Origin: a virus
Lineage: Duplodnaviria > Caudoviricetes
DNA length: 63,394 bases
Strand: one strand, 5' to 3'
IMG/VR virus record: IMGVR_UViG_3300030060_002858
Location: 1 to 63,394 of that record
Positions 17,214-27,319 of this stretch are shown here, one piece after another. Every line of letters begins with the position of its first letter. Positions within the stretch are counted from its first letter, which is position 1. The position numbers and the translations under genes were made by a program. The notes under the pieces were generated by a model that made no database searches, was not told where the DNA came from, and saw nothing but the letters and a program-made list of their open reading frames with translations.

Positions 17214-19149
17214 AGACAAATTGGAGAATTACATGGACAACTTCCAGCAGTTTATTGTCACCAGCAAGTATTGCAGGTGGATTGAAGAGGCCAACAGAAG
17301 AGAAACTTGGGCAGAGTGTGTGGACAGATACTTTAATTATATGATGAAAAGAACAGGGGCTGAATTTAATGCCAAACTTAGAGCGGCTTTTTCCGAAGCT
17401 AAGGATATGGTATATAACAGAGAGATTTTCCCTTCTATGCGGGGTCTAATGACTGCTGGCCCTGCTGCTGACGTAGATGACACCTGTCTTTATAACTGTT
17501 CTTATGTAGGCATTAACAGAATCAGAGCATTTAGTGACGTAATGTACATTTTATGCTGTGGTACTGGCGTTGGATTCTCTTGTGAGTCTGAAGAAATTAA
17601 CAACCTACCAGTTATCCCGGAGTCTATCGAACGAAAAGAAGGCATTGTTATTCAAGTTCCTGATAGTCGTGTAGGGTGGGCTGACTCCTTCAAAGAACTT
17701 CTTAATTACCTGTATGAGGGCGTGCATCCTACATGGGACACGTCTTTGATCAGGCCTTCCGGTGCTAGGCTCAAGACCTTTGGAGGCCGGGCATCAGGAC
17801 CAGAGCCTCTTGAACGACTGTTTAGGTATGTAGTTAACCTATTTAACAAAGCAAAAGGCCGCAAGCTAACTAGCCTAGAGGTCCATGATATTGTCTGCCT
17901 TACTGGCGAGATCGTTATTGCGGGTGCCGTTAGGCGTTCAGCCCTTATTTCTTTGTCTGATCTCCATGATGACGAGATGGCTAGGGCTAAGTCAGGCCCT
18001 TGGTGGGAAACTAGTGGACACAGAAGCCTTGCAAACAACTCAGCTGTATACGAAAGCAAGCCAACTATGAGCACTTTCCTAAAGGAGTGGTCTACTATCT
18101 TTGACTCTAGGTCAGGCGAGCGAGGCATTTGCAATAGAGAATCCTTGAAGTGGCTTGCTGGTAGAGTTGGCAGAGATACTGACTATCGATTTGGAACTAA
18201 CCCTTGCAGCGAGATTATCCTAAGACCAAATCAATTCTGCAACCTAACAGAAATTGTTATCAGACCAGAAGATACAGAAGAAACCTTAGCTAAGAAAGTT
18301 AAGTACGCTACTTTCTTGGGTACAGTACAATCATCTTGCACTAACTTTACCTATCTAGATGAAGAATGGAAAAAGAATTGCGAAGAAGAAAGATTACTAG
18401 GAGTTTCTTTTACTGGCGTATATGATAACAAGCTTATGTCGGGTCAGCTAGGAATGCCCAAGTTAAGGTGGGCCTTAAAGAATCTAAGAGACACAGCCCA
18501 GCTTGAAAATTATGCATGGGCAAAAGAACTAGGAATTAATTCAAGCTTATCTATTACATGTTGTAAACCAAGTGGAACCACAAGTTGTGTCGCTGGCACT
18601 GCTTCTGGTATGCATCCTAGATATAGCGAATTCTATATTCGAAGGGTAAGAATTGATGTAAAAGATCCTATCTGTGAGTTTATGGTTGAAAAAGGATTCC
18701 CTCATGAGAAGTGTACAATGAGGCCAGACACAACTATGGTGTTTGCTTTTCCTATGAAGTCTCCAACAGAATCTATTGTTCAAAAGGATTTATGTCCTAT
18801 TGATCACTTAGATCTTTGGTTAGAATATCAAACAACTTGGTGCGATCACAAACCTTCTGTAACTATCTCTTATTCAGATGATAAGTTTCTTGCAATTGGG
18901 GACTGGGTATGGAAGAACTGGAATATGGTTTCCGGAATTTCTTTCCTGCCTTACAATGACCATATCTATGAGCAAGCACCGTTTGAACCCATTGACGCAA
19001 GAACTTTTAATTTAATGAGAGCTACTATGCCTACCGATGTGGACTGGACTGAGCTTTCTAATTACGAAACAGAAGACAACACATCACAAGAAAAAACACT
19101 AGCTTGTTCTGGTGGTTCTTGTGAAGTTGTTGATCTAATAAAGGAGTAA
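17203..19149 (+). CDS. nrdJ: class II (adenosylcobalamin-dependent) ribonucleotide reductase
   Basis: PSMR, YNC, GGRASGP, VRRSA, TNPCSEI, CNLTE, KPSGT and C-terminal CSGGSC; no beta-subunit gene nearby. Confidence 0.92.
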   Translation: MGHKDKLENYMDNFQQFIVTSKYCRWIEEANRRETWAECVDRYFNYMMKRTGAEFNAKLRAAFSEAKDMVYNREIFPSMRGLMTAGPAADVDDTCLYNCSYVGINRIRAFSDVMYILCCGTGVGFSCESEEINNLPVIPESIERKEGIVIQVPDSRVGWADSFKELLNYLYEGVHPTWDTSLIRPSGARLKTFGGRASGPEPLERLFRYVVNLFNKAKGRKLTSLEVHDIVCLTGEIVIAGAVRRSALISLSDLHDDEMARAKSGPWWETSGHRSLANNSAVYESKPTMSTFLKEWSTIFDSRSGERGICNRESLKWLAGRVGRDTDYRFGTNPCSEIILRPNQFCNLTEIVIRPEDTEETLAKKVKYATFLGTVQSSCTNFTYLDEEWKKNCEEERLLGVSFTGVYDNKLMSGQLGMPKLRWALKNLRDTAQLENYAWAKELGINSSLSITCCKPSGTTSCVAGTASGMHPRYSEFYIRRVRIDVKDPICEFMVEKGFPHEKCTMRPDTTMVFAFPMKSPTESIVQKDLCPIDHLDLWLEYQTTWCDHKPSVTISYSDDKFLAIGDWVWKNWNMVSGISFLPYNDHIYEQAPFEPIDARTFNLMRATMPTDVDWTELSNYETEDNTSQEKTLACSGGSCEVVDLIKE

Positions 19150-19151
19150 GC

Positions 19152-19385
19152 ATGAGTATACATGGTTTAGACATGATCTACCGTAAAATGAAACTTCGTA
19201 GTGAAATTTTACCAGCAGAAATTATCCTTGTTGTTAAGGATTTCATGGTACGAATTGAAGCTTTAGAAGAACAACTAAAGAAAATGCAGGAGGAATGCAA
19301 TGCCTGTCGAACCGGAATGGAAGAAGCTCCCAAGACTGGACGTAGAACTGGTGGAGTTTCTAAGAAAAAAGTATCCTCCGATTGA
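19152..19385 (+). CDS. hypothetical protein
   Basis: AAGGAG RBS. Confidence 0.5.
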   Translation: MSIHGLDMIYRKMKLRSEILPAEIILVVKDFMVRIEALEEQLKKMQEECNACRTGMEEAPKTGRRTGGVSKKKVSSD

Positions 19386-19500
19386 GTTTAAAAACCAAAG
19401 CAAGGAAGAATTTTTAAAGCAAGCTATAATGCAAGCTGGTGCTGCTGAAGTTATTGCTAGTATCGACCGTATTATAGAACTTCAAAATAAAAAGGGGTAA
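19300..19500 (+). CDS. hypothetical protein (small gene at the replication/structural boundary)
   Basis: AGGAGG RBS; LVEFLRKKYPP motif. Confidence 0.6.
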   Translation: MPVEPEWKKLPRLDVELVEFLRKKYPPIEFKNQSKEEFLKQAIMQAGAAEVIASIDRIIELQNKKG

Positions 19501-19503
19501 GTC

Positions 19504-20355
19504 ATGACCGCAGGACAATTCGTAGATGCAGCAACTAGTTATAAAAAAACTAGGGGTATTGCTTCTAATAACCACAGAAACGAATATATTGGATCGTTTG
19601 AGGTTAGGAAGGATACAAGAACACAACTTTGGTATCTCAAAGTAAACGAAGATCGTTTAATTGGAACTAAATACCCTAGCCAAAAAGAAACGCTAGCTGT
19701 TCTTCATGGGTTGTTTACTGGTATGGATGCAAAAAAAGAAGGCATGAATGCTGTCATTGCAAAGATGGTTTCTGAAGGTCGTGGTATTATAGATGCTTCT
19801 ACTGCTCTTGTTGACGATGCTATTGTATGGGCAAAGATGCAAGAAGATACGGCTACTGATGATACAAGTGGTTTAGGAAGTGCTCCAAAGAATCAAATGA
19901 CTATAGAGGCAGATACTACTACGTATGCTGATCAAGTTGGGTGGTACAGAGATAATAGCGAAACAGCCCAGTCTTTTATAGGTGGATCAGATGGAGATAA
20001 CGGTTGGGTTAAGCTTGATGACAATACCACACAAAATTACTTTGAAGGCAATGGAGATCATGGAGTAAAACTTAGTATAGCTACAAGTGCTAGTGATGGA
20101 ACACAAATTGTAGCTGATTGGTTCGCCACTGATGCTGCGGATAAAGTTTTAATTTTAAAAGAATTAACTGGTGGTGACATTACTGAGTGGGACTTTAGTG
20201 ACGCAGACTTTAGTGAATCCTCTGGTTCTCTTAATAGAGTAAGGCTAGACTTATCAACCAATGGCACACAAGCTACTGCTATTAATAACTATCTTGCAAG
20301 TAAGTGGACCGGCTCTGGTTCGTGGTACATTCAATTAGGCAAGAACCAATTCTAG
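19504..20355 (+). CDS. putative virion accessory protein sharing an N-terminal domain with the next gene
   Basis: The first ~95 aa align with 20365..22107. Confidence 0.6.
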   Translation: MTAGQFVDAATSYKKTRGIASNNHRNEYIGSFEVRKDTRTQLWYLKVNEDRLIGTKYPSQKETLAVLHGLFTGMDAKKEGMNAVIAKMVSEGRGIIDASTALVDDAIVWAKMQEDTATDDTSGLGSAPKNQMTIEADTTTYADQVGWYRDNSETAQSFIGGSDGDNGWVKLDDNTTQNYFEGNGDHGVKLSIATSASDGTQIVADWFATDAADKVLILKELTGGDITEWDFSDADFSESSGSLNRVRLDLSTNGTQATAINNYLASKWTGSGSWYIQLGKNQF

Positions 20356-20364
20356 GAGTAGCAT

Positions 20365-22107
20365 ATGACTGGTCAATTTAATGCTGCTGACAACAAAATC
20401 TCCAGAGGAATTGCTGGCGGTATTTATAGAAATACAAGAATAGGCTCCTTTAAAATAGGAAAGAATGAAGCTACAGATCTTTGGTATCTTCTTATTAATC
20501 AGCAAAGATTGATTGGTACAGAATACCCTAGTCAAGATCACGCATTGTCTGTACTGCATGGTATCTTTACTTCTAATGACGGCAGCACTGCGGGAATGAA
20601 TGCAGTTATTGCACAGATGGTTGCAAGAGGTACAGGGATTATAGAGGCCGATGCCACAATTGGAACAGTCACTATTAGCGGTGATGCTAGTATGGATGCT
20701 GGTCAAACTAAAACTTATACAGCTGCGTTTGATGGTACAGCAACCGATGCTACATATAGCTGGTCTTCTCTCCAGACAGGTACAGCAAGTACGTCTTTCT
20801 CTACTACAACAGCAGCTTCTACAAATGTTACATTAACAGGAAACGGTTCAGTTACTTTAACTTGCACCGTAAGCTCTGCGTCTTCTTCAGATAGCCCTTC
20901 GGTTGATACACATGCCGTAAGCGTTACCGCAAACTCTCAAACAAACATTAACCCAAGTGGTATTCCCGGAGCAGTGGGAGTCTTATCTACTTCTAACCTT
21001 AGCGTAGGTGACAACGGATACGATGATATTGGTTTACTTCAAATTAACACTGTTAATAATGCTAGTGCTACATTCTATTTCTGGTCTCCTAGATCTAGAG
21101 ATAGATTTAAAGAGATGACATATTTTGATTTAGAAGGTACGTCTATAGATCCATCATCTAAAACATTTACAGAACTAGCCGCGTCATCTTCCCTTGGTTT
21201 TGGTTTGCTTCTTAGTGACGCTACTTTAGGGACAACTTGGACTACTGCACTAAACGCAGGAAGCAATGTAGACATTGAATACTCTACTACAAACGACTCT
21301 ATGCAAACTATTCAGATCGTGAAGTGGGCTAGTATTAACACCTCTGCTAAAACTGCTACGGTTACTACTGAAGTTCCTGACGTACTTCCTTCTACAGAAG
21401 TGATTGAAGATAGCCAAGCTACTTCACTTCTCGTAGGCAAGAGTAATAAAGAACCAATATTGTTTAATGGGTCTGCTGCTGATGCTTATGGAGCATCTTC
21501 AGGAACATTCCCTCAAGGAGGTCACAGTCTTTCCGACAATACTCAATGTGACTATTATTGGTCTAAGTTCCAAATCCAAATGTCTACTCCAGCTAATCCT
21601 TTAAGTTCTGTATATCAATGGGATGAAACAGAATTCCCATTAGCTGCTAACGCTCAACAAAATAAAAATCAATGGACCGCAGGTTCGTGGAAACATATAA
21701 GTAACGGAGACTCGGTTCGTTTTAAGGTGTATCACGCCTCTCCCTTAAATAATAGGCAATTATTATTTACTGTAGGCTCCAATCTACAAGATGCTTTTAC
21801 TAGTGTTATTCCTTTAGCAGGGCCTCATGAGCTTGCACCGGGTAGTGGCTTTGGATACACTAGCGGTGGTCCTCATGATCATAAGTTTACTTTGGATTTT
21901 ACTTTCTCAAAAAATAGTGAAGGTTTGTTAGAATGGATGACCAATAACCAAATAAGTTCTGGAGCAGATGCTCAACTTTGGTTTAATGGATCTAAAGAAA
22001 GTGACTTAACGGCAGCTATTGGTGCTGCTTCAGATGAAATTATTTTTACAAGAACTGACGGAGAAGCGTTAGTTGCTGGAAGAACTTATGAACTTAGACA
22101 TGTTTAG
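20365..22107 (+). CDS. putative virion accessory protein with an Ig-like domain
   Basis: Shared N-terminal domain; VTISG..TYTA..TYSWS..VTLTCTV is an Ig/PKD-like pattern; S/T-rich. Confidence 0.65.
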   Translation: MTGQFNAADNKISRGIAGGIYRNTRIGSFKIGKNEATDLWYLLINQQRLIGTEYPSQDHALSVLHGIFTSNDGSTAGMNAVIAQMVARGTGIIEADATIGTVTISGDASMDAGQTKTYTAAFDGTATDATYSWSSLQTGTASTSFSTTTAASTNVTLTGNGSVTLTCTVSSASSSDSPSVDTHAVSVTANSQTNINPSGIPGAVGVLSTSNLSVGDNGYDDIGLLQINTVNNASATFYFWSPRSRDRFKEMTYFDLEGTSIDPSSKTFTELAASSSLGFGLLLSDATLGTTWTTALNAGSNVDIEYSTTNDSMQTIQIVKWASINTSAKTATVTTEVPDVLPSTEVIEDSQATSLLVGKSNKEPILFNGSAADAYGASSGTFPQGGHSLSDNTQCDYYWSKFQIQMSTPANPLSSVYQWDETEFPLAANAQQNKNQWTAGSWKHISNGDSVRFKVYHASPLNNRQLLFTVGSNLQDAFTSVIPLAGPHELAPGSGFGYTSGGPHDHKFTLDFTFSKNSEGLLEWMTNNQISSGADAQLWFNGSKESDLTAAIGAASDEIIFTRTDGEALVAGRTYELRHV

Positions 22108-22116
22108 GAGAAAACA

Positions 22117-22308
22117 ATGACAAGCATTCAATTACCTAGTGTACCACTACCAGTAGTAGGTAATATTATTACAGACTCTATCTGTCCTATTGTATGGTCA
22201 GAGACTAATACACGATTTGAATTTGCAACTAAAGAACAAATGGCTGAGCTTATCATAGCTACCTTAGTTGAACAGGGTTACATTACTGCTCAGGAGGAGT
22301 CCCCATGA
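22117..22308 (+). CDS. hypothetical protein
   Basis: AGGAG RBS. Confidence 0.55.
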   Translation: MTSIQLPSVPLPVVGNIITDSICPIVWSETNTRFEFATKEQMAELIIATLVEQGYITAQEESP

Positions 22309-23102
22309 CAGCATCTCAAGAACAAATGATGGCAGCAATGCAAAAAGGTATGGCCCCTAAAGCCCCAAGCCCTGAAATTAAAGGTGACGAAAGTGCAGAG
22401 GCCAAGGAAGGAAGAGCTACTGATACAGTATTAGCTCACCTAACAGCAGGAGAAGTCGTAGTTCCCGTAGAGTTTCTTCAGAATAACAGAGACAAACTTA
22501 TTCTTTCTAGGTTATTTGAAAAATTTGATACCAATATTGACGAATATACTGTAGGTAATGAAGCAAATAAAGTAAACCCAGAAACAGGAAACCCTGAATT
22601 TTTCTTTCGTAAGCTGGTTAGTAAAATTACCGACGACGTTCTTGGGTTTGATCCCGGTGGTGGTGGTATTTTTGATGTTCCTGTTATTGGTGATGCTTTT
22701 ACTTATTTAGGTGCTGGTTCTCCTTTCTCCGGATTTATGCCCAGTTTTATGACAGGCCCAGCTCAAACTAAAGTAGCAAGGGAATATCTACAAAAAGATA
22801 TTGAAGAATCAGAAAAAAGAATGAAGGCTAGATTAGATGAATACTCTGCGAATATAGATGCAAAGGTTAAACAAGCAAAAGAAGAAGGCAAGAAACAAGT
22901 AGAAGAAATGAAAAATGTATCTGTTAGAAGTAAAAAAGATTTTGAAAGCGTAGTTAAGGGCAGAATCAAAGCTGAAATGGGACAGTCATTAGCCGGTGAA
23001 GGAGCAGCTGCTGGCGGTGGAGTAGAAAAATCTGCTGCTAAATTTAGTAAACGTAAACGGCGTGTAAAACGTGCTGTTACTAAATCTTCACGACCAAGAT
23101 AA
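22305..23102 (+). CDS. putative virion protein with GRxxDTxLAH...NPETGxPEF motif
   Basis: GRATDTVLAHLTAGE and VNPETGNPEFFF; AGGAGG RBS. Confidence 0.6.
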   Translation: MTASQEQMMAAMQKGMAPKAPSPEIKGDESAEAKEGRATDTVLAHLTAGEVVVPVEFLQNNRDKLILSRLFEKFDTNIDEYTVGNEANKVNPETGNPEFFFRKLVSKITDDVLGFDPGGGGIFDVPVIGDAFTYLGAGSPFSGFMPSFMTGPAQTKVAREYLQKDIEESEKRMKARLDEYSANIDAKVKQAKEEGKKQVEEMKNVSVRSKKDFESVVKGRIKAEMGQSLAGEGAAAGGGVEKSAAKFSKRKRRVKRAVTKSSRPR

Positions 23103-23113
23103 GGAGATTACTT

Positions 23114-23470
23114 ATGGCTTTTGGAGATATGAGCGTACCCATGCTTTCTGGCGAAGAACAAGAAAAACTTCTTGAAAAAGAAGCCGAGCTTGCTAAGGTT
23201 CGAGATGAAGAAGCAAGAGCTTTTACTGAAGAACAAGAAAGAATGCGGGAAGGAAGAGAGCGTGCTCAAAGAATGCTCTTAGAACAAGAAGAAAAAGCTA
23301 GGCAAACAGAATTGCGTCAGCAAGAATCAGAAGCAGCAGAAGTAACACAAGAACTAGAGGAAGAAGTAGACTCAGACTCTGCTGTAGCTTCTATGTTTTC
23401 TGCCTTAGCTTATGGTACTGAAGGTCTTCCTGAAGATATGGAAGATACTACGGATCAACGCCCTGAATAG
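23114..23470 (+). CDS. coiled-coil protein preceding portal
   Basis: AAGGAG RBS; E/R/Q-rich helical sequence. Confidence 0.6.
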   Translation: MAFGDMSVPMLSGEEQEKLLEKEAELAKVRDEEARAFTEEQERMREGRERAQRMLLEQEEKARQTELRQQESEAAEVTQELEEEVDSDSAVASMFSALAYGTEGLPEDMEDTTDQRPE

Positions 23471-23479
23471 GAGAGTTAA

Positions 23480-25066
23480 ATGGAAACTTTAGCGGATAAA
23501 TTTAGAGTGCTCGATAGTCTTAGGTGGAACAAGCTTGAACGCTCTCGCTATTGTTCTTCTTTAACTATTCCATCAATTTTGCCACCAGAAGGTTATACCG
23601 AACAACAACAACTTCCACAACCTTTTAGTTCAGTAGCCTCTAGAGGGGTAACCTCTATGGCTTCACGAATGCTTAGTGCTTTGCTTCCTTTAAACGACAT
23701 GCCTTTCTTTAAGTTTGAACTTGATTCAGGAGATACAGGAGACACCGAAGTACAACAGTATTTAGAAACACTAAGCTACCAAGTCTTTAATAAAATTTCA
23801 AGCGGCAATATTAGAGAAATTATTTATCAGGCTCTTCAGCATTTGATTGTGGTAGGAGATGTCATGATTATTATTGAAGATGACATGAACTTTAGGATTG
23901 TAAGATTAGATCGTTACGTATGCAAAAGAGACGTTTACGGAGATGTTGAAGAAGTAATTTATATTGAGTATGAAACAGTAGAAGAAGAAAATGAAATGGC
24001 AGTTCTAAATACATCTATGACAGCTATGGAAAATAAACATGGGTATAAAGAAATATTCACCCAGATTAAGAAAACAGAAGATGGTTGGTCCGTTAAAAAA
24101 GAAGACATGGATGGTGTTTCTTTAGGCGGAGGAGATTACAAAGTAGCTCCTTATATATTCTTAAGATTTTCTGGCATTCCCGGAGAAAACTACGGTCGTT
24201 CTCATTGTGAGGATGTTATTGGAGATATAAAAACCCTTGAAGGATTTACAGAAGGAATGATTAACGGTGTAGCAGCTGCTTCATTGTTTTGGATGGGAGT
24301 AGATCCAACTAGCATTACAGATGTTGACGACATTGCTGGGTCTCCAAGCGGATCTTTTGTTTCTTCTAGGATGAACGAAGTGTTTACAATATCCCCTGCG
24401 GCTACAATGAACCCACAGATTCAAGCAACGCAACAAGGAGTCCAAATACTTAGGCAAGAAGTTGGAAAAGCTTTCTTAATGGACTCGGCTAGTATGCCTA
24501 GAGGGGAACGAGTAACAGCTACCGCAGTAAGAATGGTAGGACAAGAATTAGAAAATGTTTTAGGCGGGGCTTTCTCTTCTATTGCTAGAGAGCTTATGGT
24601 TCCTATTGTTTCAAGGGCTGTATTTGTTATGATTAATGAGGGTGAGATTGACGAAAGACTTAAAGAAATGTTTGTAGACGAGGAAGGTCTTTTGTCTGTT
24701 GCTGTAGTAACAGGTCTTCAAGCTCTAAGTAGAGATAGTGACTTGCAAAAACTTATGCAAATGGGTGAGATGGTACGAAACTTACCAGAACAAGCCGCCA
24801 TGATGTTTAGATGGGATGAGTATGGCAAAGCACTTGTTACTTCTCTTGGATTTAAAGCTAGCAATTGGATTAAGTCTGAAGATAATGTTCGACAAGAACA
24901 AATGGAAATGGCTCAAGCTCAAGCTCAAATTCAAGGCCAAGCTCAGTCTACTCAAATGGCTAATCAAGCTGTTACGCAAGGTATGTTACAAGCAGCCATG
25001 CAAGATCTCGATCAAACCGGCGGCAGAAATATTCAACAAGCCGTACAACAAGCTCAAGGAGGCTAA
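23480..25066 (+). CDS. portal (T7 gp8-like head-tail connector)
   Basis: LTIPSILP, SVASRGV, GENYGRS, ERVTATAVR and GLQALSR motifs; Q-rich tail. Confidence 0.95.
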   Translation: METLADKFRVLDSLRWNKLERSRYCSSLTIPSILPPEGYTEQQQLPQPFSSVASRGVTSMASRMLSALLPLNDMPFFKFELDSGDTGDTEVQQYLETLSYQVFNKISSGNIREIIYQALQHLIVVGDVMIIIEDDMNFRIVRLDRYVCKRDVYGDVEEVIYIEYETVEEENEMAVLNTSMTAMENKHGYKEIFTQIKKTEDGWSVKKEDMDGVSLGGGDYKVAPYIFLRFSGIPGENYGRSHCEDVIGDIKTLEGFTEGMINGVAAASLFWMGVDPTSITDVDDIAGSPSGSFVSSRMNEVFTISPAATMNPQIQATQQGVQILRQEVGKAFLMDSASMPRGERVTATAVRMVGQELENVLGGAFSSIARELMVPIVSRAVFVMINEGEIDERLKEMFVDEEGLLSVAVVTGLQALSRDSDLQKLMQMGEMVRNLPEQAAMMFRWDEYGKALVTSLGFKASNWIKSEDNVRQEQMEMAQAQAQIQGQAQSTQMANQAVTQGMLQAAMQDLDQTGGRNIQQAVQQAQGG

Positions 25067-25068
25067 TA

Positions 25069-25479
25069 ATGGCAACTCTATCATCGTTATCTTTTGCATC
25101 AGCATCAGTTGCAGGATATACAGTAAAAACAACCCCTACTACAAGCGTATTATCAACGGGAACTGACACACTTGTTAGTTCTAATATTGAAAGCAATACT
25201 GATACTATTGAAGACAAAAAAATTATCATGGGTATGGATGTTAAAGTTGCTTTTTCTGATGTCAATGCAGTGCTAAAGCTTCAAGCTTCTCACAACGGAA
25301 CAGACTGGGCTGATGTATCTACATTAAGTTCTGATACTACCCCAAATGTTACTGGAGTTAAGACTTTTGTTGTTGATCTCACTAATGTATTTGCGCCTTA
25401 CTTTAGAATTATTTTTAATGATACGGGTCTTGCGGTAGGAACATCTGGCACAGCCGAGTTTTTCTTTGCTTATAAATGA
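25069..25479 (+). CDS. hypothetical beta-rich protein (probably structural)
   Basis: GGAGG RBS; LQASHNGTDW..PYFRI pattern. Confidence 0.55.
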   Translation: MATLSSLSFASASVAGYTVKTTPTTSVLSTGTDTLVSSNIESNTDTIEDKKIIMGMDVKVAFSDVNAVLKLQASHNGTDWADVSTLSSDTTPNVTGVKTFVVDLTNVFAPYFRIIFNDTGLAVGTSGTAEFFFAYK

Positions 25480-26162
25480 TTTCTTTTATTATCCCTGCGT
25501 ATAACGAAGAGAAATATATTAAGTCTTGCATAAGTTCAATTCAAATTGCATCCCGTAACTATGAGTACGAAACTATAGTTGTAAACGATAACTCATCAGA
25601 TAAAACAAAAGAGATTGCTCTAAAAAACGGAGCAGTTGTTATTGACGTAAACTATCGACATATAGGTAAGGTAAGGAATGCAGGTGCAAGATCTGCAAAA
25701 GGTAACCTTTTAGTTTTTATTGACGCAGATACCTGTATATTGTCTACTGTACTGACTGAAATAGTAAACAACAAAAATAAGTACAAAGCAGGGTGTGCAT
25801 TTGGAAAATACTACGACTTGTATTCAAATAAGTATTGTTTATTTTGCATGAATTTATACACTTGGGTAATGAAAAACCTGTGGAGAACAGGATTTGGTTA
25901 CTTTATGTGGTGCAATGCTAAGGATTTTAACAAGGGATTTAGTGAGGATCTTTACATCTTTGAAGACAAACATTTTGTTCGGTCTTTTAAAAGTAAAGAA
26001 TTCTATTTTGGTAAACAACGAGTTCTAACATCAGGCAGAAAAGTAAGAACTCACAACTTTTTAAACAAACTAGTGCCTTTCTTCATCAAATATTGTTTTA
26101 AAGGAAAGAAATTACTGAAAGATAAAAACGAACTAGATATCTGGTATGATGGAGTGCGTTAG
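25476..26162 (+). CDS. glycosyltransferase family 2
   Basis: ISFIIPAYNEE, VVNDNSSDKT, RNAGA, FIDAD, ED and TSGR motifs. Confidence 0.92.
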   Translation: MISFIIPAYNEEKYIKSCISSIQIASRNYEYETIVVNDNSSDKTKEIALKNGAVVIDVNYRHIGKVRNAGARSAKGNLLVFIDADTCILSTVLTEIVNNKNKYKAGCAFGKYYDLYSNKYCLFCMNLYTWVMKNLWRTGFGYFMWCNAKDFNKGFSEDLYIFEDKHFVRSFKSKEFYFGKQRVLTSGRKVRTHNFLNKLVPFFIKYCFKGKKLLKDKNELDIWYDGVR

Positions 26163-26177
26163 TCAAGGGAGAATAAA

Positions 26178-26381
26178 ATGACTGACGACGATTGGAAACA
26201 GTACAAAAATTTAGTACTAAAAGAATTAGACAGAAACCATGATAAGCTAGATAGAATTGAAAAAAGATTAGGGCATATCGAAGAAAGGCTAACAATTATT
26301 AATACAAAAATTTACGTAGCTGCGTTTATTGCAAGCGCAGTAATTACGAGTATGGTACAGTATACGTTAGGAACGATCTGA
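26178..26381 (+). CDS. small coiled-coil protein with a C-terminal TM segment (XhlA/holin-like)
   Basis: LDRIEKRLGHIEERL followed by a hydrophobic C-terminus. Confidence 0.5.
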   Translation: MTDDDWKQYKNLVLKELDRNHDKLDRIEKRLGHIEERLTIINTKIYVAAFIASAVITSMVQYTLGTI

Positions 26382-26428
26382 ATCAGACTCTCCAGAGAGG
26401 GGAATAATCTGTAAGGAGCATAAAACAC

Positions 26429-27319
26429 ATGGATCCAGAAAGACCACTAGGTAAAGAAGGCGAGACTGCTATTGAATCTCAACCAACTCCAACGGCTGAA
26501 CAAATTCAATACGAGCATGAAAAGGAAGCCTTCAAAACCCACATGGCAACAAGCGGCGAACAAGTTCCAGAAAACTTTAAAGATGCTGGGGCGTACTTCG
26601 ATAGCCTTAAAGAGGCTCAGAAACAATACACCCAGACTAGACAAGAGCTTTCTGAATTACGCAATTCTATGGAACAACAGCCAGAACAACCTATTGTTAC
26701 GCCAGAAGCAGAAGCTTTGATTACTAATGAGTTAAGAATTCCTGCACCCGAAGAAAAGAAAGAAGAAACAAAGGCAGAAACTCTTGGGGTTGATGAAACA
26801 ACTTACGAAAAGTGGGGCTATGAATTTGCTACACAAGGAGATCTTAGTCCAGAAACAAGAGAAGAAATTAAGAAGACTACTGGATTTACTGATAGAATGG
26901 TTTCTGATTACATTGCAGGACAAAAAGCTAAGCTTAGAGAAGGATTTGATAAAGCCGCTACAGTTGTAGGTGGCAGAGATAATCTAAATAAGCTTTTTAA
27001 ATGGGCTTCAAATAATTTAAATAAAGAACAAATGGAAAATATTAACCTCGGGCTTTCTTCGCCCACCTATGAGGTTACTTTAAGAGGACTCAATGAGATG
27101 TACAAGGAACAGGTTACTAAAGAAAAACAAAAAGAACCTGCACCAAATCCCAATTTAACACAAGTGGCAGCAAGCCAAACAGGGATTCTTCCTTTTAATA
27201 GTCAAGTTGAGTTTAAGGAAGCGCGTAGCAATCCGCAGTTTCAATTTGATCCAAAGTATAGAGACGTAGTACAGAAAAGAATGGCTATAACGGATTGGAA
27301 CACACTTCCTCTAGTGTGA
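26429..27319 (+). CDS. capsid assembly scaffold (T7 gp9-like)
   Basis: Lies between portal and capsid; acidic N-terminus; VVGG..LFKWASNNL and DPKYRDVVQKR motifs. Confidence 0.85.
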   Translation: MDPERPLGKEGETAIESQPTPTAEQIQYEHEKEAFKTHMATSGEQVPENFKDAGAYFDSLKEAQKQYTQTRQELSELRNSMEQQPEQPIVTPEAEALITNELRIPAPEEKKEETKAETLGVDETTYEKWGYEFATQGDLSPETREEIKKTTGFTDRMVSDYIAGQKAKLREGFDKAATVVGGRDNLNKLFKWASNNLNKEQMENINLGLSSPTYEVTLRGLNEMYKEQVTKEKQKEPAPNPNLTQVAASQTGILPFNSQVEFKEARSNPQFQFDPKYRDVVQKRMAITDWNTLPLV

